A DNA stretch of 64,000 nucleotides from the NCBI GenBank assembly GCA_021613535.1, contig CP075494.1, forward strand, positions 7,502,001-7,566,000, read 5' to 3'. Every line of letters begins with the position of its first letter. Within the stretch, counting starts at the first letter, position 1. The notes under the pieces are model-generated. The model saw only the letters and a list, made by a program, of their open reading frames with translations. It ran no database searches and was not told the origin of the DNA. Positions 1 through 15,023 of the stretch are shown here, piece after piece. The DNA is from Adineta vaga. Its lineage: Eukaryota; Animalia; Rotifera. The position numbers and the translations under genes are program-made.

Positions 1-3000
1 ACCATTGGAAAATGTTGAAGCACCAAAAGGATCACCAGTCCTTCTTCGAGCAACGATAACTGGCAAACCAACACCGACAGTAAGCTCATATGTGAATTGA
101 AAGTATGTATTTATCACGTATATTTTGTATTTAGTTCACATGGTTCAAAGATGGTAAACCATTGATTGCTTCTAATCGTCTTCGTACTCGATATGATGTC
201 CCAACAAATCAAGTTGTCTTGCAAATCGATGAAATTCGACCAGAAGATGCAGGTCAATACACCGTTGTTGCTGCTAATCCTGTTGGTCAAGAAACAACAA
301 CTGGATCAGTAACTGTTGTACCGGAAAGTGGCGCTGAAGACAATCAAGAACTGCGACAACCACTAGGTCAAACACCACGACCAGTAGAGATGGTACCCGG
401 TGTTGATTTTCAACCAATGGATACATCATCTGCGACACCCGAGGAGAAACGTGCACCACATGTCATCGTTCCATTAAACGATAGTGACACGAAAGAAACA
501 ATGCCAGCAATATTTTCGACCACAATTGACCTTGGCGTACCAATGTCCAAAGTAAGTAATCTCCTTCGTATTTTTTCTATTAAACACATTGTAGCAGTTC
601 CCGTCTTATCACTCGAGGAGCAAATACTTTTATATTCTAGGGTCGTTTTTGAAAATGTATCCAATATACTTAGAAATGAGCTCGGCGTTAAGCCACTGTC
701 GAGTTTCTGAATTTTTAGATAACTTCCATAACTAAATGACACAGATACACACTACATTTGATGTTAATCTGTCGTTGAGAGCATCGATAAAAAATCACTG
801 CATAAATCATTATATATTTCTCTAGATTACTTGGTTCAAAAATGGACAACCACTCGTCGCTGGTGATCGTTTCATCACCAAATATGATGTCATACCAAAG
901 ACACTCACCTTGGAAATTCTCAACGCTCAACCGGAAGATCAAGGTACTTACACTGTTCAAGCAATAAATCCAGTTGGTAAAGATGAAACTAGTGCTAAAC
1001 TCACTGTTCAACCATTGACAAACAATGATGCACAAGCATTTGCTCAACCAAAACCACTGCAAGTCACTGCACCACAACCAACTCAACAAGATATGCAACA
1101 ACCACAACCACCGAAAGTGATTGTACCATTGAAGAATATTGAAGCACCGAAAGGATCACCGGTACTTCTTCGAGCAACGATAACTGGCAAACCAACACCG
1201 ACAGTAAGATTTTGTATTAAATAATGATTTGTATTTATTGACGACACTCTCTCTCTCTCTCTGATTAGTTTACATGGTTCAAAGATGGTAAACCATTGAT
1301 TGCTTCTAATCGTCTTCGTACTCGATATGATGCTCCTACAAATCAAGTCGTGTTACAGATTGATGAAGTTCGACCTGAAGATGTAGGCCAATATAGTGTT
1401 GTTGCTGCAAATCCGTTTGGTCAAGAAACAACCGCTGGTTCTTTGAGTGTAGTACCCGAACGAACAGGAGAAGATAAGCGTGGATTAGGTCAACCACAAG
1501 GTAAAACACCTCGACCAGTGGAAATGACACCAGGTGTTGACTTTCAACCAACTGATGTGTCATCATCAGCACCAGAAGAAAATCGTGCACCACATGTTTT
1601 GGTACCACTACAGAATGGTGATACGAAAGAAACCATGCCAGTATTACTAACAACGACAATCGATGCTGGTTCACCGATGGCAACAGTAAGAGTTTTATCT
1701 TACAGCTATGCTTTTCTGCTCGATAGAATTTCGATGCTTGATACCTATTTCAATAATAATTTTGTTGTATTTGTAGTTCACTTGGTTCAAGAATGGACAA
1801 CCACTCGTCGCTGGTGATCGTTTCATCACCAAATATGATGTCATACCAAAGACACTTACCTTGGAAATTCTCAACGCTCAACCGGAAGATCAAGGTACCT
1901 ATACAGCTCAAGCAATAAATCCAGTTGGTAAAGATGAAACTAGTGCTAAACTCACTGTTCAACCATTGACAAACAATGATGTGCAAGCATTCGCTCAACC
2001 AAAACCACTGCAAGTCACTGCACCACAACCAACTCAACAAGATATGCAACAACCACAACCACCGAAAGTGATTGTACCATTGAAGAATATCGAAGCACCG
2101 AAAGGATCACCAGTCCTTCTTCGAGCAACGATAACTGCCAAACCAACACCGACAGTAAGATTTTGTATTAAATAATGATTTGTATTTATTGACGACACTC
2201 TCTCTCTCTCTCTGATTAGTTTACATGGTTCAAAGATGGTAAACCATTGATTAGTTCCAATCGTCTTCGCACTCTATATGATGCTCCGACAAATCAAGTC
2301 GTGTTACAGATTGATGAAGTTCGACCTGAAGATGTAGGCCAATATACTGTTGTTGCTACAAATCCTGTTGGCGAAGATTCAACGAATGGCATAGTGAATG
2401 TCGTACCTGAAAGAGGCGGTGATCACACTCGAGGATCAGGCCAACCAAAAGGAAAGAGACCACGACCAGTGGAAATGACACCAGGTGTTGACTTTCAACC
2501 AACTGATGTGTCATCATCAGCACCAGAAGAAAATCGTGCACCACATGTAATGATACCATTGAGTGATGTGAATGTTAAAGAAACCATGCCTGCCTTGTTA
2601 ACAGCCATTGTAGATGCTGGTTCACCAATGGCAACGGTAAGAACAAAATTTAAATGTTTTATATGACATTAATATGATCACTGTGATAGCACTTGTTTAC
2701 ATTTGTATCCAATAATTCAAGTTCATTTATAAAACGTTGCGAATAATTCTATGAGAAAAGTTTCTGTATTGCTATACCTGATAGCCTTTAAAAATTGTTT
2801 CTATAGAACGGTACTTTTAACTAAGGAAAAAACTATACTTGAGAAATTCCTATAATCTAAATATATGATTGAATTGTCGAAGAAATGAATAAATTCGCCA
2901 TGATCTTTTGCAGCAATATTTATTCGTTCCAAAATGAAAACTAATCGATATCAATCAAACCTGAATCGTTCTCAGTCCCATTAGGTTAGATTATTCTGTT

Positions 3001-5882
3001 TTCTTTCTAATTACTTTAATCTATACAACTAAACCAAAACTTTGCATAGAATTAACCATTCATCTATCACAATTTTTAGTTCACCTGGTTCAAGAATGGA
3101 CAACCACTCGTCGCTGGTGATCGTTTCATCACCAAATATGACGTGGTTCCAAAGATACTCACTTTGGAAATTCTCAACGCTCAACCTGAAGATCAAGGTA
3201 CATATACAATTCAAGCAATAAATCCAGTCGGTAAAGATGAAACTAGTGCTAAACTCACTGTTCAACCATTGACAAACAATGATGTGCAAGCATTTGCTCA
3301 GCCAAAACCATTACAAGTTACTGCACCACAACCAACACAACAAGATATGCAACAACCACAACCACCGAAAGTGATTGTACCATTGGAAAATGTTGAAGCA
3401 CCAAAAGGATCACCAGTCCTTCTTCGAGCAACGATAACTGGCAAACCAACACCGACAGTAAGCTCATATGTGAATTGAGAAAGATCAATAAATTTTATGC
3501 TGCATTTAGTTCACATGGTTTAAAGATGGTAAACCACTAATTGCCTCGAATCGTCTTCGTACTCGATATGATGCTCCAACAAATCAAGTCGTGTTACAGA
3601 TTGATGAAGTTCGTCCAGAAGATGCAGGCCAATATCTTGTCGTGGCTACCAATCCATTCGGTGAAGATTCGACAGGCGGTTCAGTGAATTTGATACCTGA
3701 GAAAGGAGGTGATGACACAACAGGTGTTGTCCCGCAAAGTAAAACACCACGACCATTGAAAATTGTACCAGGAACCGACTTCCAACCAGTTAGCGCAACA
3801 CCAGAAGATAACAGACCACCACAAGTTATTGTTCCACTCAAAGATGGTACTATCAAAGAAACCATGCCTGCATTACTTACGGCAACAATCGATGCTGGTT
3901 CACCAATAGCAACAGTAAGAGTTCATGAAATCAGCCTATTTGAGATTAGGGATTTCAATAACGAATATTCTAGTAGTTTCTTTCTTCAATTTCTCTCTCC
4001 GTTATCTACTTTCTATGCAGAGAAGTAAATTATATATTTTCTTTTATTAGTTCACCTGGTTCAAGAATGGACAACCGCTTGTCGCTGGTGATCGTTTCAT
4101 TACCAAATATGATGTCATACCAAAGACACTCACATTGGAAATTCTCAACGCTCAACCTGAAGATCAAGGTATCTATACAGCTCAAGCAATAAATCCTGTT
4201 GGTAAAGATGAAACTAGTGCTAAACTCACTGTTCAACCATTGACAAACAATGATGTGCAAGCATTCGCTCAGCCAAAACCGTTACAAGTCACTGCACCAC
4301 AACCAACTCAACAAGATATGCAACAACCACAACCACCGAAAGTGATTGTACCATTGAAGAATATCGAAGTACCAAAAGGATCACCGGTGCTTCTTCGAGC
4401 AACGATAACTGGCAAACCAACGCCAACCGTAAGCTCATATGTCGATTGAAAGTATATATTTATCTTGTATATTTCGTATTTAGTTTACCTGGTTCAAAGA
4501 TGGTAAACCATTGATTGCCTCGAATCGTCATCGAACTCGATATGATGCTCCAACAAAACAAGTTCTCTTACAGATTGATGAAGTTCGACCTGAAGATGTT
4601 GGTCAATATCTTGTAGTAGCAACCAATCCATTCGGTGAAGATTCGACAGGCGGTTCAGTGAATTTGATACCTGAGAAAGGAGGTGATGATACTAGAGGTG
4701 TAGTACCACAAAATAAGATCAGGACAACCACAAGGTAAAACACCACGACCATTGAAAGTTGTTCCAGGTGTTGACTTTCAACCAACAGCTCCAACACCGT
4801 TTGAAAATCGACCACCACGTGTTATCGTACCGCTCAAGGATGGTACTATCAAACAAACCATGCCTGCTCTATTAACAGCAATGATTGATGGTGGTTCACC
4901 AATGGCTAAAGTAAGATATTGGAAACATCAATATTCATTCTTCTTTGTTATTTTTAGTTCACTTGGTTCAAAAACGGTCAACCACTTGTTGCAGATAATC
5001 GTTTTATTACCAAATATGATGTTAAACCAAAAATGGTGACTTTAGAAATTCTCAATGTCCGACCCGAAGATCAAGGAACATATACAGTTCAAGCAATAAA
5101 TCCTGTTGGCAAGATGAAACTAGTGCCAAACTCACTGTACAACCGTTAACTAACAATGATGTCAAGCGTTTGCTCAGCCAAAACCGTTGCAAGTCACTGC
5201 ACCACAACCAATTCAACAAGATATGCAACAACCACAACCACCGAAAGTGATTGTACCATTGAAGAATATCGAAGTACCAAAAGGATCACCGGTGCTTCTT
5301 CGAGCAACGATAATTGGAAACCAACACCGACAGTAAGCTCATATGTGACTTGAAAGTATGTATTTATCTTGTATATTTCGTATTCAGTTCACCTGGTTCA
5401 AAGATGGTAAACCATTGATTGCTTCTAATCGTCTTCGAACTCGATATGATGCTCCAACAAAACAAGTTCTCTTACAGATTGATGAAGTTCGACCTGAAGA
5501 TGTTGGTCAATATCTTGTAGTAGCCACTAATCCATTCGGTGAAGATTCGACAGGCGGTTCAGTGAATTTGATACCTGAGAAAGGAGGTGATGATACTAGA
5601 GGTGTAGTACCACAAGATAAGAATCGTGGATTAGGTAAACCACAAGGAAAAACACCGCGGCCATTGAAGATTGTACCAGGCGTTGATTTTCAACCAGATA
5701 TATCTCCAGATGAGAAGCGTAAATTGAAGCCTGTAACTCCTGTGACGAAACCAGAAAAAGCTATACCTGCAGAACAAATGCGACCACCACATGTTATCGT
5801 ACCATTGAAAGATAGTGATTTAGAAGAATTAATGCCTGTAATATTAACGGCAACTATTGATGCTGGCATACCAATTGCATCA
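1..5882 (+). repeat. Intragenic tandem array of a two-exon (A+B) Ig unit, about 6 copies visible
   Basis: A exons: 135-551, 1269-1685, 2220-2636, 3510-3914, 4484-4910, 5388-5882. B exons: 1-79 (partial), 826-1203, 1777-2154, 3080-3457, 4051-4428 (each 378 nt), 4958-5332 (375 nt). All introns are phase 0. Confidence 0.93.
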
Positions 5883-8800
5883 GTAAGCATTTTTCGGAAT
5901 AAAAAGATAACACTGATGTTTTACTTTTAGTTTACATGGTTTAAAAATGGTCAACCACTGCTCGAAGGTAATCGATATGCTACTAAATATGATCTCGGTA
6001 ATCGAACAATAACTTTACAAATTCTTGCATCGCGTCCCGATGATCAAGGGGTATATACAGTTCAAGCAACGAATCCAGTTGGTAAAGATGAAACATCATG
6101 TAAATTAACTGTTCGACCTGTAGCATCAATTGATACACGACCATTCATTGATGCTGATCGTTTTCGTCCATTGGAAAATCGACAATTTACAGGTCCACAT
6201 AGTGACGACGAAAAACAATCACTTCGTCCTCCTAAAGTACTCATACCAATGAATAATCTACGACTTAAAGAATCGCAACCAATTGTATTGAAAAGTATAG
6301 TTGATGCTGGTTATCCAATGGGTAGATTTACATGGGTTAAAAATGGTCAACCGTTACCTGCATCTAATCGATATCGTACTAATTATGATATCAATACACG
6401 TACTGCATCATTATTTATTGATTCTGCACGTCCAGAAACAGATACAGGTCCATATACAGTTTATGTGGAAAATCCTGTTGGTAAAGATGAAACTACTGGT
6501 AAAGTAGATGTTGAACCTACACCAGCTATTGATGATCGACCATTTATTCCTCCAAGTAAATTTAATAAATTTGAACCACCATTACGGGCACCAGGTGTCG
6601 GTCCTCGTGGTCCACTTCATCAACCAGATGAAACAATGAGAGATCGTGAAAATATGTCTCCATGGATTCGTTTAGTCAAAGAGCTTGATGATCAAGTCAT
6701 TGATGAAACGAAAGCAGCACAACTTGTTTGTATGGTTGATGCACATCCAGCAGCTACTGTAAATATACATCATTTTTCTTTCGATATATAATCATATGTG
6801 TTTTAACTATGAAAAAATATTCTATTTTAGATCAATTGGTTCAAAGATGATCATCCTCTTGTTGTATCGCAGCGTTTCATGCCTGAATATGATAGTAAAA
6901 CAGGTGTTGTTCGTTTATCAATTTATCCAGTGTATGCAGCTGATTCAGGACCATATACAATGGTTGCTCGTAATATTGCTGGAGAAGTTACAACCAAATG
7001 TACATTACGTATTGAACCAACAGTTGGTGTTGAAGAAAATCCATTGGTTAAATTTGCTGGTCTTCGCAAAACACCACATCATCCATCTGCAGCTGGTTCT
7101 GAACCTTCACATCAACCAGATATTCCTGAAGAAGGTCAAAAACCATATTTCATTAAAGTTCCAGTTGATCGAGAAGTACCTGAAGGACAATTAGTTCGTC
7201 TTGATTACATACCTGCTGGACGTCCTGAACCTAGTTTAACATGGTTTCGTAATGGTTTACCATTGCAACCAAATGATGCTGATCATCGTGATGTTGTCAA
7301 TGAAGGTGGTGTTCATTCACTACTTGTACTTAATCCAAAATTAGGACCTACTGTTGAATATACATGTGTAGCGAAGAATAAATATGGTGAAGCACCATTT
7401 ACGGTTCATCTTAGTGTTGCTCGTAAGTGAATTGTTGATGAGAAGAAAATGAACTATTTCTTTTGTTGATTTGTATTTTAGCTCGTAGTGCAAATATTGT
7501 TCCTTATTTTATTGAACAACTTTATAATATCATTATTATTGAAGGTCAAGATGCACAATTGGATGCTTGTGCAGAAGGTTTTCCCGAACCAAAAGTTGCC
7601 TGGGAGAAAGAGGGTAAACCTCTTACTCCAAATAAAGAATACAAGTAAATATAAACTATTTTCCAATGAACTTTTTGTTATCCATCAAAATATGTTTCAT
7701 TCTTTATCGTTAGAGTTGAATTTGAAGGAGCAAAAACAACATTATTTATACGAAATGCTAAGATGATTGACGCTGGTTGGTATCAATGTACAGCAACTAG
7801 TCCGGCAGGAACAGCAGTTACCAAATGCAAAGTAACAGTTATTCGTACGTATTGGATCTAATCGATTTGATTTTCTTCTTTCAATAAAATCATACAAGAA
7901 TTTCTTTATCTTTTCTAGCCTTATCTGAAGCGAGTCAATACGCCAAAGAATTACCACAATTCAGTCCTCAAATGTTAGCAAAATTGCCAACGTATGTATC
8001 CATTCATTCATTTATTAAGAAATCAATCTCATTTTCATATATTTTCAGTTTACCACAAGAAGATACTCGATCGAAATACATGACTATTCCAGCTAAACCA
8101 CCTGAAATTAAACCAGAAGAATTATATAAATTACCAAAACGACCTAAAAAATCTGATAATCCTTCTGAAGAAGCTCGAAGGTAATCGATTCTAAAACTTT
8201 GTAAACTGTTCAAAATAATATTTTATTTTGTCCCTCTAAATCATAGACGTGGTGTTAAAGTTTTACCAGATGAAGTTTTGAATACTCTTCAAAAGAGTCT
8301 AGAAGAATATCCTGAAGAAGAAATGTATAGTAAAGATCGACCACAACCACCGAAATTTAAAGTTCATCTTAAATCACATTTGAATCTTAATGAAGATGAT
8401 GCATGTTTATTCGAAGCAAAACTTATACCTGTTCGAGATCCTATGATGCGATTACAATGGTTTAAAAATGGAAAAATACTTCATCATGGTAAGTAATCAA
8501 ATTTCATTTTATCTATAGATATACAAATTAATATTAATCTTTCTTTTCTTTTTTAATAGCATCAAGAATGATTCCTCGATATGATTTTGCTGATGTCTCA
8601 TTGGAATTTCTTTGGACATTTGCTGAAGATGACGGTATCTATGAATGTGTGGCTACGAATCCTTATGGTGAAGATCGTACACGTGCTGAATTGAAATGTC
8701 GTCCTAAACGATCAATTATTTATAATACACAGTTACCTGAAGGTATGGAAGGTGTATCTAAATTACAAATGTTAGAAGATGAAATAAGGTAAATAAAAGA

Positions 8801-11263
8801 AGATTATATTTATCGATTTATTTGATAATGGAGATTATTTTTTCCTCATAGATATACAGCAAGTATGATTGGCTTAGAAGAAAAAGTACAAGAAAAAGAA
8901 CCCAAAATACCCGAATTTATTATGCCATTAGAAGATATTGCTGTGGATGAAGGTGATAATGCTAAATTTATTGCTAAAGTCGATGGTCATCCACGACCAC
9001 GAGTAACATGGTCGATTAATGGTGCTGATATTGCAAATGTAAATAATATTTTCTCATTTACTTTTTTTTCGTATCAAAAATCAAACAAAACTATTGTTCT
9101 GTAGGGAAGTCGATACAAATTAGTTTATGATGGTCTTGTTCATTCTCTTGATATACCAAAAACAAGACAATACGATGCAGGTGTTGTTCGTTGTGTTGCG
9201 AAAAATTCTCTTGGACAAAGTGAAAGTGTCGCTATGCTTAATTTGAAATTTCGACAAGATTATCGTTCAGTATTGTCAAAAACACCAGGTGGTGTGGATA
9301 CTGGTGTTGATGATTCATTTGATGTAGATATTGAAGAACGATTAAGAGTACGTTCTCAACAACGACAAATAGAATCGGGTATGTTTTCAATTTTTAGTTT
9401 TTTTATTAATTATTAATCGGTTTTAACTTGAGAGTATGTTTAATAAACAATAAAATCCTTTTCTTTTCTCTTTCTCATCATAGCTGATGAACATGCACGT
9501 CGTCCATCCACTGATAAACCAATTCATCCATTACATTCAAAAGCACTCGAACGTTTGGCATGGCGTCAAACTGTTGAAAAAACGGGTGAAGCACCAAATT
9601 TTACCAAATCATTATTACCATTGAAAGCGAAAGGTCTTCTATTCAATTGAATAATTTATCTTTTTGAATAATTCAAAACTTTTCTTTTCAATTTTGCAGA
9701 AGGATCCAAAGTTATTGTTGGTGTAGAATTTAGAGGTGATCCACCACCAACTGTTTCTTGGTATCGTGATGGATTCATGGTTGAAGATTCGGAAGATTTT
9801 AAAATTCACACAACTGCTACTGAAAGTGTACTAACGATAAAACATGCTTTCATTATTGATTCAGGTTTATTTACTGTGAAATTATTTAATCCAATTGGTA
9901 TTAAACAATGTCAAGCTGCGATACGTATAATGCCAAGTAAGAATAAAGATGATTGTTTTCTTTTAATTATTTGACGGTTTTCACAATGAAATTTATTTTG
10001 TTTTTGCTAAATAGTTATCGCTGAAGATCAAACACCTCGCTTTCTTGATATTCCACAAGATAGTGAGATTCTTGCCGGTGATCCAGTTCGTTTTCAATGT
10101 CGTGTTGAAGGTGAACCATTTCCAACTGTGGCCTTCTATCGAGTAAGAAAATTAAATTAAATATCTTTTTTTCGTCTTTTAAAACAAAAAGAATTTCGAT
10201 ATGTATAGGAAGATGAACCAGTTAATCTTAATGATAAACGATTTCGTGTTATACAAGAAGGTGATGTATTTACATTACTTCTATTCGAAGCTTTACCAGC
10301 TGATAGTGGTCAATATGAAGCTGTCGCAGAAAATTCAGTTGGAAAAGCAAATACACGTTTTACATTGATTGTCACACCACGTGAACCAGGTGGCAAGAAA
10401 GCATCGATTGTGGATGATCCAAAATTGATTCATAAAGTACCATACTTAGAAAAACCATTAGAAGATTTACATGTTAAAGAAGGACAATCAGCAACATTTG
10501 AATGTATTATTCCTGCTAGTTTTGGTAAGAAAGAAAGAAAGAAAGAAAAAAACATGAAAATGAAATGAATCTATTTTTCTTAATTATTTAATAGGATCGG
10601 ATGTGAAATGGTATAAAGGAACATCTGAATGGGCAATAAAACCATCGAAATTTTTCAAACCAAAATCTGATGGTACTAAACATCAATTATTTATTCTAGA
10701 AGCATATGCTGAAGATGAAGGTGAGATTGGTTTTTTCATGAAGAAAAAGAATGATTTATTGTCTTCTTTAGGTCTCTATAAATGTGTTGTTTCAAATCCA
10801 GTTGGAACAACAGCGACTACTGCTACATTAAAAGTTGATCGTAAGTTTTGATTTTTAATTGTTGTGAAATATACATGTGTGTATTTTTATTCAATAGATT
10901 CAATGCAAGTACCAGAATTCGTTCAAGGCTTTAGTAATTTAACCACTTATGAAGGTGAACAAGTTCGTTTTGATGTTGAAGTACGTGGTGATCCTACTCC
11001 AACAATAACTTGGTTTCGAGACGGAGAAATTATTCGAGATTCACCTGACTTTCAAGTAAATCGAATTCATTTTTTTCTTTTACAACAAACTAAAACATCT
11101 TCTCATTTTCTAATAGATCTTTACTGAAGGAAATCGTAGTGTATTTTATATATCCGAAGTATTTATGGAAGATCAAGGTTTATTCACTTGTACGGCTTCG
11201 AATACAGCCGGTTCTTCCGAATGTTCAGCTCGTCTTATTGTTGAACCACGACCTCAGCTATAA
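1..11263 (+). CDS. Kettin/sallimus-like (titin family) I-set Ig-repeat muscle protein; 5' end lies outside the window, multi-exon
   Basis: Many I-set Ig motifs (P.P...W.K.G..L ... L.I......D.G.Y...A.N..G). One domain is kettin-type (FEAKLIPVRDPMMRLQWFKNGK...YDFADVSL). GT-AG introns link the ORF pieces. Last exon 11117-11263 reads IFTEGNRSVFYISEVFMEDQGLFTCTASNTAGSSECSARLIVEPRPQL*. No FN3 or kinase domain seen. Confidence 0.88.
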
Positions 11264-13607
11264 TAACATATATACATATATGAATTATTTCATATCCCTG
11301 TTTTCTCTTTTTCTCTCTTTCACTTTTTTTTCCTCTTTTTTTGTCTTCTTTATACACTTTTGTAATGCTTTTGTTATATCACATACAAATCGTTTTCAAT
11401 TCTTTGTTTTTGCACGCGTACTATATTTGCCGCCGTCCCCTAACAATGCGCTTTTTCTCTCTAGAACAATATGAAAGAAGAATTCAAAATTATGCTTTTG
11501 GAAAATAAATAATCTGCAAAATAATTCGATAGTTATGAATGAATGGAAAATTGTTCTGATTGTGCCCAGTCTGCACAAATTAAATTCAACTGAATATACT
11601 TGCGTCGTTTGTTTTATTTTTTCAACGAATGTTCGCTCGTCTGTTGACATAATAATTTATTTGCATTGGTTTTACATTGAAAATAAGAAGCTGATTCAGG
11701 ACAAAAAAACAAGTGGGCTGAATAGAGTGCAAAGTAGGGCGTGGAATTTAATGATCGAGGATTTTATTTTATGAAATTCTGTTTCAGTTTTAATGATCAA
11801 CTAAAATTCGAGATTGTTTCAATCCTTTTTTTAACAGAAAGTATTTCCTGAATCGATACGAGTTCTTGTTTTAACCGACCATATTTATTATAGAATATTT
11901 CTGATTGAAAAAGAGATCCAAGTGTTTTAAATATCAAATAATCTTTGTTCTATTCGAATAAAAAGCTTCTCGATTCAGTAAATATACGGAAAAGACATGC
12001 AATTTGATTTAACAATTAATTTAAACAATGTTCCTATATGACAATACCTGTCTTCAAATCAATTGTTATCAATGAGAACGTAAAAATAAGATAGAAAATG
12101 ATTTTATTAAAACTAAAAAGAAGTTTGTATTGTAGTGAATATCTACTTAGCACAGTAAATATATTAAAACACAAATTGTAGATGATACTACAACGTTTTT
12201 TTATTTTTATGCATGACGAATTAATGATTGAGTATCTTGAATATTTTTATTACTAATATAATTTTGGATATTAGTTGTACTAGTATTCGATTGCTAAAGA
12301 AGAAAAATAAATAGTCATAGGTAATCAATAAAATAAAAGAGTATAATAACTTTTCTTTTGAATGTATTTTCTGGTTGTGAAAGTATTTTCGTAAGATATT
12401 GGTCAGCTAATGAATCTAGAATGATGAATAGAAAAAATATAGATTTGAATGAAAATTTCCTACGTCGTCGAGTTACATTGATTGCTATTTTTGCCATTTG
12501 TTCTCCTTTTTTCTTTAATTATTCGAATGTAAAGAAAAAATGCAACGTATCGAAGAATGTTCGTATAAAAAATGAAGACATAGAAAAAGAGAAAGAAATA
12601 CTAGACACCTATGAAAACAAATCACGTCGACATGTAAAATCATTTTGAAATATGGGTACATATAGTATATTCGTATGTAATATAAATAGTTAGCAAGAAA
12701 TGATAATAGAGATTAGAGTGTATAAAGCACCTGATTTACTGAAGATAATATATACGACCTACAATAATTATATTGATATTTATTTAAGAAGTCTGCATAA
12801 CATAATAAATTCAGAGAGAATCGATCACATTACTCTAAATGTTTTTATTATTCATCATCGATTATGAGTCTCTCAAGATTCAAGAGGATGTGATGATATT
12901 GATGATGTATAAATACAATAGAGAATATTGACCTATGTATTTTAACCTGACATCATATTGTATCAATTCTCATTACATATATTTCTTGTATAAATCTGAT
13001 GAATTAAAATTCTAATATTTGTCGAAACTATTTAAAATTTTCTTTGTTCATTAATATAATTCCTAACACCCATTAGCGACATCTATTCAAAATCGATTGT
13101 ATGTGTTTTATTTGATGTCCATTGATAGAGTACGAACGTGCATGAAGACGATAATAATAAATAGACAATATCATGGCGACGATGACAACATTCCGATTTG
13201 TAATATTTACTCAAAAAAATTCAAATCATTCCTTCTCTAAAGGTCATTTGGAGATTAGAATTTCAATCTTACCTTTCAACAATTTCTCTATATACAAACA
13301 CGAATTGTTTCTAGTTACTTATTAGTCAAGAGTTTCTTCTGTTCAGTTTGATTGATGTATGTAGACAGGTGTTGATAGACTTATTAACATATGACGCCCT
13401 ACTACTCGAGCAACTGAACATGTATAGATCGTTGTTTTATTACTATTGTAGTTCTATAATCACATATAGCTTACATTGAATGTGTTTTTTTGTCTTATGA
13501 ATGTCAGTGACAACAGGTGGTATTATTGTTTTGCGAAGAAATAATGAAGGTTAAAGTCAATACGTATTTATAATCTGTTTTAGATATAACGACGTAAAAT
13601 AATTGAA

Positions 13608-15023
<1,416 letters not shown>

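Noticed and set aside
1-5882. Tandem repeats as a CRISPR array or transposon
   Set aside because: The units are about 0.9-1.3 kb spliced coding exons of Ig domains, with no short repeat-spacer pattern and no transposase.
274-6244. Repeated minus-strand ORFs (MWLLHILL..., MHIIVCQ...)
   Set aside because: Antisense shadows of the Ig exons.
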